Source of the DNA: a bacterium
Lineage (GTDB): Bacteria > Bacillota > Clostridia > Oscillospirales > CAG-272
DNA: 64,000 nucleotides
NCBI GenBank assembly: GCA_963643035.1
Contig: CAVIKO010000005.1
Location: forward strand, 1,170-65,169
Reading direction: 5' to 3'
How positions within the stretch are numbered: position 1 is the stretch's first letter; each line of letters begins with the position of its first letter. The translations under genes and the position numbers were made by a program. Below, piece by piece: positions 1-9,907 of this stretch. Below the pieces are notes generated by a model, which was given only the letters and a program-made list of their open reading frames with translations, was not told the DNA's origin and searched no databases.

Positions 1-427
1 ATCTTGCTTTTTCTGCAACGCGGCACACACCATCGACCAGTTCTGGCAGCATATCGTCGAATCCTGCGCCATGGAGCGGAGTTGTGGCATTCAGACTGCA
101 AGCGATGGTATGGTGAAAGAATGGAGAGCCCATCTCTGCGGCAAACTCTACCTGCCGGCGCAGATCGTCCACAGCGGCGGGATTCTTATAAATATTCGTA
201 CCGACGGAATAACAAGCCATGCGCATACCGCTATCCGCGAGAATCTTACGCAATGTATGTGCTTCCTTGAGATCCCGAACGGTGTATATCTGACCGCCTG
301 TACCCTCCAGAGGTTCCACGGCAGAGAATCCGCAATGAGCAGCGTATTCCACCGTTTTCTCGATCCCGATGCGGCGGCACATATCGGTGAACCCGGCGTA
401 AAAGGCAAATTCCATTGTATTTTGCAT
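1..427 (-). CDS. sugar phosphate isomerase/epimerase-like TIM-barrel protein (5' part; gene continues past left edge)
   Basis: Absent from the ORF track because there is no stop inside the window. Manual minus-strand translation from the ATG at 427-425 gives MQNTMEFAFYAGFTDMCRRIGIEKTVEYAAHCGFSAVEPLEG... and stays open to the edge. Family assigned by eye only. Confidence 0.5.
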   Translation of the reverse strand, partial: MQNTMEFAFYAGFTDMCRRIGIEKTVEYAAHCGFSAVEPLEGTGGQIYTVRDLKEAHTLRKILADSGMRMACYSVGTNIYKNPAAVDDLRRQVEFAAEMGSPFFHHTIACSLNATTPLHGAGFDDMLPELVDGVCRVAEKAR

Positions 428-533
428 GCGTATTCTCCCTTAATCTTTTCGTTTTCCATTTTGCAAAATGCAACAAACGCCCAACCGCAGAACGATCGGG
501 CGTTTGCTTGCCATACGGGATAGAATCGAAAGA

Positions 534-1595
534 TTAGCCGGTGATACCGGAACGTTCGATACCTTCCACAATGTACCGCTGACCGAAGAGATAGAGAACG
601 ATCAGAGGAGCGATGATCAGGATACCGCAGGTGTTACGGATCGCGGCGGTATAGAGTGCCTGACCGGCATAGTTGGTATCCAGAGATTTCGGAACCTTGA
701 TGATGTCGGGCAGAAGCAGATCGCCGGATGTTGTGTAGAACAGCTCGGTATAGAAATTGTCCGTCCACTGCCAGCAGAACGAGAACATGAATACCGTGAC
801 CATCATGGTGACGGACAGCGGGAGAATAATCCGAACGAAAGTGGAGAATACGCCGGAACCATCGAGGTACGCGGATTCTTCCAGCTCATCCGGAATGCCG
901 CGGAAGAACTGACGGAGGAGGAAGATGTACAGACCGTTCTTATACGCAAGACCTGTGATCGACAGGATGTACAGCGGGAAGTTTGTATTGATCATATTGA
1001 TGCTTGTGACATCAAGAACCTTGATGGCGTCGATTACGCCACCGCCGAGGAAGTTGATCAGACCGAACGAATCCCCGAGCTTGAAGATGTCGAAGTACCG
1101 GAATTCCATGAACAGGGAGAGCTGCAGTGTGGTGTGCGGTACGACCATCGTGAAGATGACCAGTAAGAACAGCAGGCTGTTGCCCTTGAATTTGAACTTC
1201 GCAAAGCCGTAACCGATGACGCAGCAGACGAAAGTCTGGAGAACGCCGCAGGTCAGGGACAGAATGAAGGTGTTCAGGAGAGCCGTTAAATACTTATTGT
1301 CCACGATGATGGCACGATAGGTTTCGAGGGTAGGATGGCGCGGCAGGAGTCGAACCGTCACATCCACGAAATCTTCCGGGCTCATGAAAGAGGACGAGAG
1401 CTTCGTATAGAACGGGAACAGGATTACGTAAGAGATACCGAGAAGGAGGAGGAACCGGAAGAGGTACCACACTACTCTCTTAATGGTATACAGGTTGATG
1501 AATTTTGCGCGCATTCTTTCCCAGAAAGGGGTACGTTCAAAATCCGCGCGGATCTTATTTTTGGTTTCCTTGGTGATCTTAGCAGTGCTATTCAT
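534..1595 (-). CDS. carbohydrate ABC transporter permease (MalG/AraQ-like)
   Basis: 353-aa polytopic ORF. EAA-loop signature EESAYLDGSGVFSTFVRIILP. ATG preceded by GAAAGGAGG. Confidence 0.9.
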   Translation of the reverse strand: MNSTAKITKETKNKIRADFERTPFWERMRAKFINLYTIKRVVWYLFRFLLLLGISYVILFPFYTKLSSSFMSPEDFVDVTVRLLPRHPTLETYRAIIVDNKYLTALLNTFILSLTCGVLQTFVCCVIGYGFAKFKFKGNSLLFLLVIFTMVVPHTTLQLSLFMEFRYFDIFKLGDSFGLINFLGGGVIDAIKVLDVTSINMINTNFPLYILSITGLAYKNGLYIFLLRQFFRGIPDELEESAYLDGSGVFSTFVRIILPLSVTMMVTVFMFSFCWQWTDNFYTELFYTTSGDLLLPDIIKVPKSLDTNYAGQALYTAAIRNTCGILIIAPLIVLYLFGQRYIVEGIERSGITG

Positions 1596-1613
1596 TCTAT
1601 GTACCTCCTTTCA

Positions 1614-2609
1614 TTAGTCTCTTCTCTGGTAGAAGATGAATGCGCTCAGAATACCGGCAACCGCCGCAATGATGAGGATAACGATGAGGAAGTACATCCA
1701 CGACATGGCAGAGGACAGAACGTTACCGTTTGCCTGCTCATATACAGTGGAGATATACGCCATAACCTTGTTATCCGACGATGTAAACGCGTCGATAATG
1801 GTGTAGACGGTGTTTACGAGGATCATCGGGGATACCATCGGCAGGGTGATCTTCCAGAAGGTTTCCCAACCGGACGCGCCGTCGATGGAGCAGGATTCGT
1901 AGATAGCCGGAGAAATGGACTGCAAGCCGGAGAGGAAGATCAGCATCTGTACACCGCAGCGGTTTACAATATTGAAGATATTGTTTACCATCTGTACGAC
2001 ATACTCAACGATCTCGGTACCAATCATCATACCGCGGAAAAGACTTTCCACGTCCATGACGGATACAATTTCGGTAGCCTGGCTTTCATCGCCGGAACCG
2101 TCATCGATACCGCTGGAGGAAGACATATAGTCGTTCATGGTGTTGCCGGCATCGATATCCGCAATCAGACCGGTGGTCAGGATAACGGGGATGAAGAAGA
2201 TGGCACGGAACGCTGCACGGCCGGCGATCTTCTGGTTCAGGATGATCGCAACGAACAGGGAGAAGAGGACGATCGACGGGATGTCGAGGACGAGCTGCTT
2301 CAGACCTGCCACGAGGGTGGTTACAAACGAGGTATCGACAAGAATGGCATCGCTGTAGTTCTTCCAGCCGACCCATTTCAGTTCGTAACCGCCTCCCACG
2401 AGAATTTTGATCTCGTGGAAGGAGTACTTAATGGAGTCAAATACAACGGGGAGATAGATGAGGATAAATCCAATGAGAAAGGGCAGAATGAAGAGCCAGC
2501 CTGCTCTCGCCTTACGGACATCCAGGGATGCGCCTTTTTTTCTTTTTTTACCGGGAGCATTGTCAATCTGAATCTTCTGCTTCTTCGGTGCTTTTGCATC
2601 TAAGTTCAT
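1614..2609 (-). CDS. sugar ABC transporter permease (MalF-like)
   Basis: 331-aa polytopic ORF. EAA loop YESCSIDGASGWETFWKITLP. SD GAAAGGGGAG. 18-nt gap to the next gene. Confidence 0.9.
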   Translation of the reverse strand: MNLDAKAPKKQKIQIDNAPGKKRKKGASLDVRKARAGWLFILPFLIGFILIYLPVVFDSIKYSFHEIKILVGGGYELKWVGWKNYSDAILVDTSFVTTLVAGLKQLVLDIPSIVLFSLFVAIILNQKIAGRAAFRAIFFIPVILTTGLIADIDAGNTMNDYMSSSSGIDDGSGDESQATEIVSVMDVESLFRGMMIGTEIVEYVVQMVNNIFNIVNRCGVQMLIFLSGLQSISPAIYESCSIDGASGWETFWKITLPMVSPMILVNTVYTIIDAFTSSDNKVMAYISTVYEQANGNVLSSAMSWMYFLIVILIIAAVAGILSAFIFYQRRD

Positions 2610-2626
2610 TCGTGCACTCCCCTTTC

Positions 2627-5600
2627 TTAGTCAATTCGGATGAAGTTAAGCGGTTCAACCTCGTAGGTCTTGCCGTCTACTTCAGTGGTTACACGGAAGG
2701 AATTGTAGTTGAGGATGAATTTTACGCCGTTTTCGTAGGTCACGAGAACGAGGGTACCGCTGGTAAGCGCGTACTTTTCAGGAACCTCAGCTTCTTCTTC
2801 TTCAGCGACGATCACTTCGCCGAACTCGTTCAGACCGCCGTTGTCGGTAGTCTCTTCATCGTCACCCTTTTCGGTTTCTGCTTCTGCAGCGGCATCTGCT
2901 TCATCGGTTGTGCCGTACTGCTCTGCAAGACGAGCGGCAAGTCTCTCGGCCTTTTCTGCCTTTTCCGCTGCGAGAATTTCCTCTTCTGCGAGAGCTTCCT
3001 CTGCTGCGGCTGCGGCTGCCTCATCGGCTTCCAGTTCGTCATCATCGGGAATCCGTTCGCCGTCGATGAATTCGTGGTCAACGATGTAGGAGGTCTGGAG
3101 ATCGTTGGTCGCGTCATTGAGCTTGTTGTAATATTCCACTACGTCTTCCTTCCAGATTTCGTAGTTGACGGAATAATACTTGCTGTTGGTCATGGATTCC
3201 TTCAGGCGGTTCGTGTTCTGGTAGGACAGCGTGTAGTACAGGGTCGCACCGTTTTCGATGGAACGCAGAATCATTTCATCGACATCGCCTTCCATGTTGA
3301 TGGCGGTACCGGTGAAGATCTTGGAGCCATGGAGAACCATGCCCATGAACGGTACGCATTCGCTTGCCTTTACAAAACGGCTGGAATCGAGAGATACCTC
3401 AACGATGGTATCCGCGTAAGGCAGTGCATACGCGTTTCCGCCGGAGATCATGACGCTCTCATAGTCGTTATCGAGCTGCTGTAAGAATGCCGTGGTGTAT
3501 TCCTTGTTGTCCTCGCGATGGTACGGCTCATCTTCGTCAAAGTCGGAGTTGAGGTCGCTGCCAAGCGTGCCAACGGAAATGTTCGCGTTGCCGTAGGAGA
3601 GGTATTCCGGACCGAACTTCTTATAGAAGCGTTCGTAGGAAACCGGGGATACGCAGAGCGCGAAGGTTCTGTCGAAGGTCTGGGTCGCGGGGTCGTATGC
3701 TCTTCTTCTGGTATAACGGTCGTCGATGGTCTTGATTGCGTCTCTCTTGAGGGAGAAGCCGTCAAACATATCACGGAAGTGGTTATACGCGAAGTCGAAG
3801 TCGGGGTAAACTTTGAAACCGGTCTGGTTTGCATAGGAAACGAGGTCAGAGAATCCATCCGCACCGCCAACGACCTTGTTCCACTTCAGCTTGGCAGGAT
3901 ACGTGTAGTAATCCATGTTGCCGTTGTAGTAACCGGTGAGACGGAAGTTGATGGAACCGGAGACACCCATCTCGGAAAGTTCAGCCTGCATGGTCTTGAT
4001 GTCCTCGAAGGTGGTCAGCGGGGTATCCACTTCTACCGGGAAGGACAGGACGCGTTCCAGAGTCTCGGTGGTACCAAACGTCTCAATGAAGAGCGGCAGG
4101 TTTTCATCGGCGGTTTCCATCTTGGTGATGTAGCCGTTTTCGGTGAAGTAATCGCGGCAGGCGGTCGCCATACCTACATAATCCGCCGCATAGTATTCCT
4201 TGACGCCCTTTTCGGCAGCGACATTTTCGTCGGTCAGGAAGATATACTCAATGCGATAACGTCCTGTGTACTTCCGGTCGGAGGTAACAGTCCAGGAAGC
4301 GGAACCGGATACGGAGATGGAGTCTGCCAGATTGTATTCATCGGAAGGACGAGGTGTGAACTGTGCGTATACGGTGTTGTACGGATGGAGCGTACCGCCG
4401 TGCGCCGTCATCAGCGTGGCAAGCGAATCGCCCTCGGTAATGATAGCGAGATAACCGTTGGAATAGGTCACAGGATCGGACGGAATGCCATTCTTATCCT
4501 CCAACTTTTTCGTGGTGGTTGCGGTATCCGTAGTGGAGGTATCTGCTGCTGCGCTATCGTCTGTCGCGGCTGCCTTGGACTCGAACCTTTCGGGAGCAAG
4601 CTCACCGTAGTTGACCATATTGCCCCATACGGGCCAGCGCATTACCTGAGAGTTGGTACCGCGGATTTCATGATACGCGAAGTCGTCGCCGTACATAATA
4701 CCGGAAATGTTGTAGGTCTGTCCCTTCACATCCTCATAGCGGACGAGTGCGCCCGTACCATCGGGGATGAGAGTGTAACCGGTGTAGGTGTTAGAACCGG
4801 CGTCGAAATACGGGAGGTAAATCAAGGTGTCGAACTGGTATGCGGATTCATCGAATTCGATACTGTTCGCCGGGCAGCTAACGGAAATGCCGTTTTCGGT
4901 GATGCTGTATTCGAGTGCGATACGGAAACGCGGCGGAGCGGCATCTGCGCCCTCATAGCCTGTTTCGCTGTGGTCTGCGTCGAGCTCTTCATAGGTGTAG
5001 GTCGGGCAGTACTGCTTGATGATTTCCTCAAGCTCACGAAGCTCTCTGGCTTTGATTTCCGGGTCGCACACATACACTGCCATTTCCAGCGTAATCGGGA
5101 ATTTGGACTGCATCTCGATGATACCGCGCTCTGTCAGAGTCGGGTCGGACGGGTCCTTCTTGGTATAGAAGGAGACGAGCTTTTCACGAAGCCAGTCATT
5201 TTCGATCTGGGAAAGGATGAGTTCTTCAAAACGTTCCACACGAATCATACGGGGAACGAGACGGATGGTCTGCTGTTCACCAAGTGTGTATTCCACACGC
5301 ATACCACCCTTGATGTTCTTACGGGTGATCTGCCCGCGAAGAGCAGCTTCAGTGTATGAATACATTTTCTTGGACACGTCGTTATCTTTATAGTTGATAA
5401 TGACCTGGGAGAGCAGTTCTTCCTTTACCGCAGAGGATGCGGTAGTTTGGGAAACGTCAATTGGGTTGGAGAAGTGTACCTGACCGGAAGCGGTATCCAC
5501 AATGGCAACCTCGCCTGTGAATTCCTCAAACCACATCTGGTAACCCTTTTCCTCCTTGACAAGGATCATATCGGCGAGCTTCTGCTCAGGATTGGCGTAG

Positions 5601-5734
5601 ACTTCGGTCTTGTAGTCGATCAGCGGATTGCCATCTTCATCGACCTTGTCTTCCCACGCGGCGCCGGTCGGAACCGTCATCGCGCCGGCGAGCATAACCA
5701 GAGTTAAGAATGCCGAAAGAAATCTTTTCATCAT
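2627..5734 (-). CDS. large secreted protein of unknown function (possibly glycan-active; from memory resembles DUF5696-type proteins)
   Basis: 1035-aa ORF with an SPase-I-type signal peptide (MMKRFLSAFLTLVMLAGAMTVPTGAAW). SD AGGAGAA. Acidic Ala/Glu-rich tract near the C-terminus. No catalytic motif that I can name. Confidence 0.8.
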   Translation of the reverse strand: MMKRFLSAFLTLVMLAGAMTVPTGAAWEDKVDEDGNPLIDYKTEVYANPEQKLADMILVKEEKGYQMWFEEFTGEVAIVDTASGQVHFSNPIDVSQTTASSAVKEELLSQVIINYKDNDVSKKMYSYTEAALRGQITRKNIKGGMRVEYTLGEQQTIRLVPRMIRVERFEELILSQIENDWLREKLVSFYTKKDPSDPTLTERGIIEMQSKFPITLEMAVYVCDPEIKARELRELEEIIKQYCPTYTYEELDADHSETGYEGADAAPPRFRIALEYSITENGISVSCPANSIEFDESAYQFDTLIYLPYFDAGSNTYTGYTLIPDGTGALVRYEDVKGQTYNISGIMYGDDFAYHEIRGTNSQVMRWPVWGNMVNYGELAPERFESKAAATDDSAAADTSTTDTATTTKKLEDKNGIPSDPVTYSNGYLAIITEGDSLATLMTAHGGTLHPYNTVYAQFTPRPSDEYNLADSISVSGSASWTVTSDRKYTGRYRIEYIFLTDENVAAEKGVKEYYAADYVGMATACRDYFTENGYITKMETADENLPLFIETFGTTETLERVLSFPVEVDTPLTTFEDIKTMQAELSEMGVSGSINFRLTGYYNGNMDYYTYPAKLKWNKVVGGADGFSDLVSYANQTGFKVYPDFDFAYNHFRDMFDGFSLKRDAIKTIDDRYTRRRAYDPATQTFDRTFALCVSPVSYERFYKKFGPEYLSYGNANISVGTLGSDLNSDFDEDEPYHREDNKEYTTAFLQQLDNDYESVMISGGNAYALPYADTIVEVSLDSSRFVKASECVPFMGMVLHGSKIFTGTAINMEGDVDEMILRSIENGATLYYTLSYQNTNRLKESMTNSKYYSVNYEIWKEDVVEYYNKLNDATNDLQTSYIVDHEFIDGERIPDDDELEADEAAAAAAEEALAEEEILAAEKAEKAERLAARLAEQYGTTDEADAAAEAETEKGDDEETTDNGGLNEFGEVIVAEEEEAEVPEKYALTSGTLVLVTYENGVKFILNYNSFRVTTEVDGKTYEVEPLNFIRID

Positions 5735-5764
5735 AATATCTTTTCTCCTATCTCTCGTTATGGC

Positions 5765-7897
5765 TTACAACCGGAATGCGATTTCTTCCACGATCTGCGT
5801 GATGAACATTACGATCTTCGCCATCAGGGAGGTGAAGAGGATCCCAATGAACATGATGAACGCCATACCAACGATGGTAGCGAGGCAGGTCAGAAGATTC
5901 TTACCCACGGAGTAGTCGTGTGTGACCATCATACCGAGAACGAGCAGGATGCCGAGCCAGAGATATGCGAAGGAGCTAAGCAGCGTCAGCAGACCGGATT
6001 CGTTGGCAGCGAGTACGTGAGACAACAGCGTGGACGGGAAAATCAGCAGGATCAGAGGCGTTAAGCAGTAGCAGGAGGCGATGAAGATGTCACTCATGCT
6101 GCCTTCACCTTCAAACAGAGTGGTAAGACACCAGTTCGCGATGACCCACAGGAGCAGCGGTGCGACAACTGCGGTCACTGCGCCGAAGACGTTAGAATAG
6201 GATGTATACGGATTGAAGATGTAGCCTTGACCGATGGAGTTGTAGAAGTAAACGAGGATGGTCGTGATCAGGATGACCATCGCGGAGCGCACGGAGCCGC
6301 GCTTTTCGTGTTTCAAATCCCAGAATCCGTCGAACGGATGGAAAATCACGTGGAAGGCATATAGAAGCTCTTCTTTGAGGCTCTTTCTGCCGACCTTGAG
6401 TGCAGCGCGTGTGTTAATCTTTGCGGCGTATCCGAAGAATTTGCCGATGGCTATGAATACCACAACGAGTATGACCGGGATGGTCCAGAAATACTTGGAA
6501 GCCCATTCCTTACGGATTTCCTTCCATGCATCGGAGTAGTTATCCGTTTCATATGCGGCCTTGTAGTATTCCATCGCTTCCTCGTATTTGCCCTGACGGT
6601 ACAGAGCCTTACCGATCTGGATGTATGCGGCATCGAAGTTGTTGTTCCGCTTCAGCACCTCTGTCCAGTCATCGATGGTCATGTCATATTTCCGTTCGTT
6701 GTCGTGCTGAATAGCCTGCAGGAGGAGGTCACCATACTGGGTACGACGGTATACGACGATGTTGTCATTGGTCTTGTCCAGAAGCAGAATCTTGGAACCC
6801 TGGTATGCAATGGCTTCAACGGAGCCGATGTTACCGGTCTGGATACCCAAGTCGCCGAAGATGAAGAGCAGGTTGCCGTTGTCATCGTAGGTAAAGACTT
6901 TGGAACGCTTTTCATCGATAATGGACCATGTGCCTTCCGGTCCGACCGCACAGTCGATAACCTTGGATGCACCAACGATGGTGTCAGTGGACAGGGTGGA
7001 GAATCCAACTTCACCGGACGGCGGATAGAAGCCATTACGCTTCATAACGTCGGAACCGGAGGCGTTGAGTTTCTTAACAGGTGCATAGTCGGAAGATGTA
7101 CTCTTGCTGAGGATCGCGTTCTGCTGTTGCGCCTCGTCAATGGAGGAGGTGGTCACGTAGATGAAGTTGTTTTCATCGATCGTGATGTTGTTGAACTCTG
7201 TAGAGACGTACTGCTCACTCTGGGAACGCTGTTCATCCGTCTGGATCTTACGCCAGATAATCTCCAGTGCGGAGATGGTAACCTTCTGTGCGCCGATGAA
7301 GCCGTAGAAGTCCGCGTTGTCGTTGATAACGATGATACCCTGATAGGTAGTAGACGATACAACGAAGAGACGACCGTACTGGTCTACCGCGCAGGCAACG
7401 GGCTTATAGATGGAGCCTTCCTCAAAAAGGTTGGATTCCGGCTTTTTGATGATCTTTACGTAGTTGCCTTCCGTATCGAATTTAATGATACGGTTGTTGT
7501 CGGTGTCACAGACGTAGATATATTCTTCGTTTACGAACACACCGGAGGGATTGTTGAAAGAGTCCGGGACACCGTGTTCATTCGTGAACTTATCTATGTC
7601 GAAGAGGTGGTTGTAGTACCGGTCACATACGATGACACGGTTGTTGGCAGCATCCACAAGGTACATTTTTTCATCCGGGCCGATGAAGAGATCTCTCGGG
7701 TCGTCGAATGCGACTTCCAGCCCCATGGAGGAGGAAGTGATCACCGTATCCGGAACGTAAGCCGCAGGAGAAACCAGCACTTCGCCATCGGAAGAATAGG
7801 TGTAGGTCGCGTAAGGCGTAGAAGCGGAGAGAGCGGTCGGGAGAACTGTGATTGCCGTCAGAACGGAAAGGAGTATGTTTTTGAAAATTTTCTTCAT
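5765..7897 (-). CDS. secreted NHL-repeat beta-propeller / TPR / C-terminal Yip1-like polytopic membrane protein
   Basis: 710 aa with a signal peptide. Repeated blades of the type YLVDAANNRVIVCD and YVCDTDNNRIIKFD. TPR-like helix pair (GKALYRQGKYEEAMEYYKAAYE). Then about 6 TM helices resembling a Yip1 domain. SD TAAGGAGG. Confidence 0.8.
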   Translation of the reverse strand: MKKIFKNILLSVLTAITVLPTALSASTPYATYTYSSDGEVLVSPAAYVPDTVITSSSMGLEVAFDDPRDLFIGPDEKMYLVDAANNRVIVCDRYYNHLFDIDKFTNEHGVPDSFNNPSGVFVNEEYIYVCDTDNNRIIKFDTEGNYVKIIKKPESNLFEEGSIYKPVACAVDQYGRLFVVSSTTYQGIIVINDNADFYGFIGAQKVTISALEIIWRKIQTDEQRSQSEQYVSTEFNNITIDENNFIYVTTSSIDEAQQQNAILSKSTSSDYAPVKKLNASGSDVMKRNGFYPPSGEVGFSTLSTDTIVGASKVIDCAVGPEGTWSIIDEKRSKVFTYDDNGNLLFIFGDLGIQTGNIGSVEAIAYQGSKILLLDKTNDNIVVYRRTQYGDLLLQAIQHDNERKYDMTIDDWTEVLKRNNNFDAAYIQIGKALYRQGKYEEAMEYYKAAYETDNYSDAWKEIRKEWASKYFWTIPVILVVVFIAIGKFFGYAAKINTRAALKVGRKSLKEELLYAFHVIFHPFDGFWDLKHEKRGSVRSAMVILITTILVYFYNSIGQGYIFNPYTSYSNVFGAVTAVVAPLLLWVIANWCLTTLFEGEGSMSDIFIASCYCLTPLILLIFPSTLLSHVLAANESGLLTLLSSFAYLWLGILLVLGMMVTHDYSVGKNLLTCLATIVGMAFIMFIGILFTSLMAKIVMFITQIVEEIAFRL

Positions 7898-7907
7898 AAA
7901 GTCCTCC

Positions 7908-8780
7908 TTAGTCCTTCATACCGCTGGAACCCATCGTTTCGATGATGTTGGACTGCGATACGACGAAAACGAGGATCGGCACTGCCATCATAACGACCGT
8001 GGATGCGGCGGATGCACCGGTACGGGCGATACCGCCTGCGGTGATCTGGCTGATTGCGTAGTTTAAGGTTTTAAGCTGTTCGGAGTAAATGAGGTTCGTC
8101 TGCCCGGAGTTCCACAGTCCCTGGAAAGAGTAGATGATCAGGGTCAGCCAGGCGGGCTTAACCATCGGCATTGCGATCGACCAGAAAGTACGCAGTTCGG
8201 ATGCGCCGTCGAGACGGGCAGATTCCAGAACCTCGGTTGTAACGTTGGTCTCCATGAACTGCTTCATGAGGTACAGACCAAGAGTAGAAGCAAATGCCGG
8301 AATGATGATCGCAAGGTAGGTGTCGATCCAGCCGAGCCAAGACAGGGTGATGAAGTTAACAAGCCCTGTAACGGTGGCGGAGAACATAAGAGACTTCTGA
8401 ATGAGGGAGAAGAAGAACTTGTTGCCCGGGAAGTCGATTTTCGCGAGTGCATATGCGGAGAGGGAGGATAACACAAGGTTACCGAAGGTACCACCGACAG
8501 AGATCAGCACGGTGTTGAAGATGTAGCGCGAGAACGGAACCCAGGAGTCGCTCATCAGGTTGAAGAGGGACTTGAAGTTTTCCATGGTCGGGTGTACAAC
8601 ATAGAATCGCGGCGGGAAGTAGAAGATTTCATCCATCGGCTTGAGGGACTGGATGATGGTATAATACATCGGGAGGAACATGAAGAGTCCGAAGATGGTC
8701 AGGACAACTGTAATACCAACGTCGCCGCCAACCGAACGGTTGAGGACAACTTCATGTTTTCTGGTACGTAATTTTCTCAT
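7908..8780 (-). CDS. carbohydrate ABC transporter permease (MalG-like), second pair
   Basis: 290 aa, polytopic. EAA loop LESARLDGASELRTFWSIAMP. Start lies 1 nt after the upstream stop. Confidence 0.9.
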   Translation of the reverse strand: MRKLRTRKHEVVLNRSVGGDVGITVVLTIFGLFMFLPMYYTIIQSLKPMDEIFYFPPRFYVVHPTMENFKSLFNLMSDSWVPFSRYIFNTVLISVGGTFGNLVLSSLSAYALAKIDFPGNKFFFSLIQKSLMFSATVTGLVNFITLSWLGWIDTYLAIIIPAFASTLGLYLMKQFMETNVTTEVLESARLDGASELRTFWSIAMPMVKPAWLTLIIYSFQGLWNSGQTNLIYSEQLKTLNYAISQITAGGIARTGASAASTVVMMAVPILVFVVSQSNIIETMGSSGMKD

Positions 8781-8781
8781 G

Positions 8782-9726
8782 TCACTGTCCTACCTTTGCA
8801 ATGAGTTTCGTAATCAACACGTTACAGCCGATCATCATCAGGAACAGGATGAAGGAGATAGCGGACGCATAGCCGACCTCCCAACGGGTACCCTGATATT
8901 CGGTGAGGTGATGGTTTAAGGTGTACGCAACGTAGTCCACGGACGGGTTACCAGCGAGTGCGGTAACAACCGGACCGAAGCCGAACGCGCCGGTGATGGA
9001 AAGGATAGCACCGAACATCAGCTGCGGCTTCATGGAAGGCAGGGTGATGTACCAGAGCTCCTGCCAACGGTTCTTAACGCCGTCGATGGCACCGGCTTCA
9101 TAGAGAGACTTGTTGATGCCCTGCAGACCGGCGATGAAGGAAAGGAACGCGGTACCAAGGGACATCCACAGTGCAACGATGATACAGAGCGGCATAACGT
9201 AGTCGGCGTTCTGGAACCAGAGGATCGGGGTATCGATGAAGCCGAGCTTAATGAGGATCGCGTTCGCCCAACCGTAGGTATCGGAGGAGAACAGGGTTGC
9301 CCAGATCAGGTACACGTTACCGGAAATGGACGGTGCGTAGAAAATCAAGGTTACGATAGCGCGGATCTTCGGGGACAGCTCGTTGATGAACCATGCTACC
9401 ACAAACGAAAGGATGTAGGACACAGGGCCGGTGACGGCTGCAAAGATCAGCGTGTTTTTCAGAGCGGTGATGAACAACTCGTCATCGAGGAACAGGGTGA
9501 TGTAGTTGTCCATGAAGATGAACTTCGGCCACTCCAGCATATTGAAGGAGGTGAAGCTCAGCACAAGGGAGAGAAAGACGGGGATGATGGTGAATAAGAA
9601 GAACAGAATCATAAACGGTGCGATCATGAAGTATGCCGTTTTGTTCTTCCGAATGAGAAACCATGTCCATTCCGCTTTTGTCATCTCATGGCGGGTCTTG
9701 ACTTGCTTTTCGGTATTCTTAGACAT
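8782..9726 (-). CDS. sugar ABC transporter permease (MalF-like), second pair
   Basis: 314 aa, polytopic. EAA loop YEAGAIDGVKNRWQELWYITLP. SD AAAGGAGAG. Confidence 0.9.
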   Translation of the reverse strand: MSKNTEKQVKTRHEMTKAEWTWFLIRKNKTAYFMIAPFMILFFLFTIIPVFLSLVLSFTSFNMLEWPKFIFMDNYITLFLDDELFITALKNTLIFAAVTGPVSYILSFVVAWFINELSPKIRAIVTLIFYAPSISGNVYLIWATLFSSDTYGWANAILIKLGFIDTPILWFQNADYVMPLCIIVALWMSLGTAFLSFIAGLQGINKSLYEAGAIDGVKNRWQELWYITLPSMKPQLMFGAILSITGAFGFGPVVTALAGNPSVDYVAYTLNHHLTEYQGTRWEVGYASAISFILFLMMIGCNVLITKLIAKVGQ

Positions 9727-9857
9727 ATACGCTCTCCTTTACGAAATTTCTTGCCGGATGCTATATATAATAATGTAGGTTTTTGTCCTCCGGCGGAGAA
9801 GTGCAGACGTTTCAGGATGGTACTGATGCAGCGCATCCCTTACATCTTTGCCGTGTA

Positions 9858-9882
9858 TCCGGGGAGTTTTCGCTCTCCCGGA
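9858..9882 (-). other. stem-loop in the SBP-permease intergenic spacer (possible mRNA stabiliser or partial terminator)
   Basis: TCCGGGGAG-N6-CTCTCCCGGA imperfect inverted repeat, 26 nt downstream of the SBP stop. No U-run follows. Confidence 0.3.
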
Positions 9883-9907
9883 CACATCGGGCGGGGATCA
9901 TACAAAA

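Noticed and set aside
3518-5359. 613-aa plus-strand ORF antisense to the 1035-aa secreted protein gene
   Set aside because: It is a shadow ORF typical of GC-rich coding DNA. Composition is Gly/Val/Arg-rich, there is no SD, and it lies fully inside a better minus-strand gene. The same reasoning applies to 1335-2603, 6704-7945, 11051-13228, 20271-21329, 28567-30177, 30054-31625, 50300-51640 and 51707-52504.
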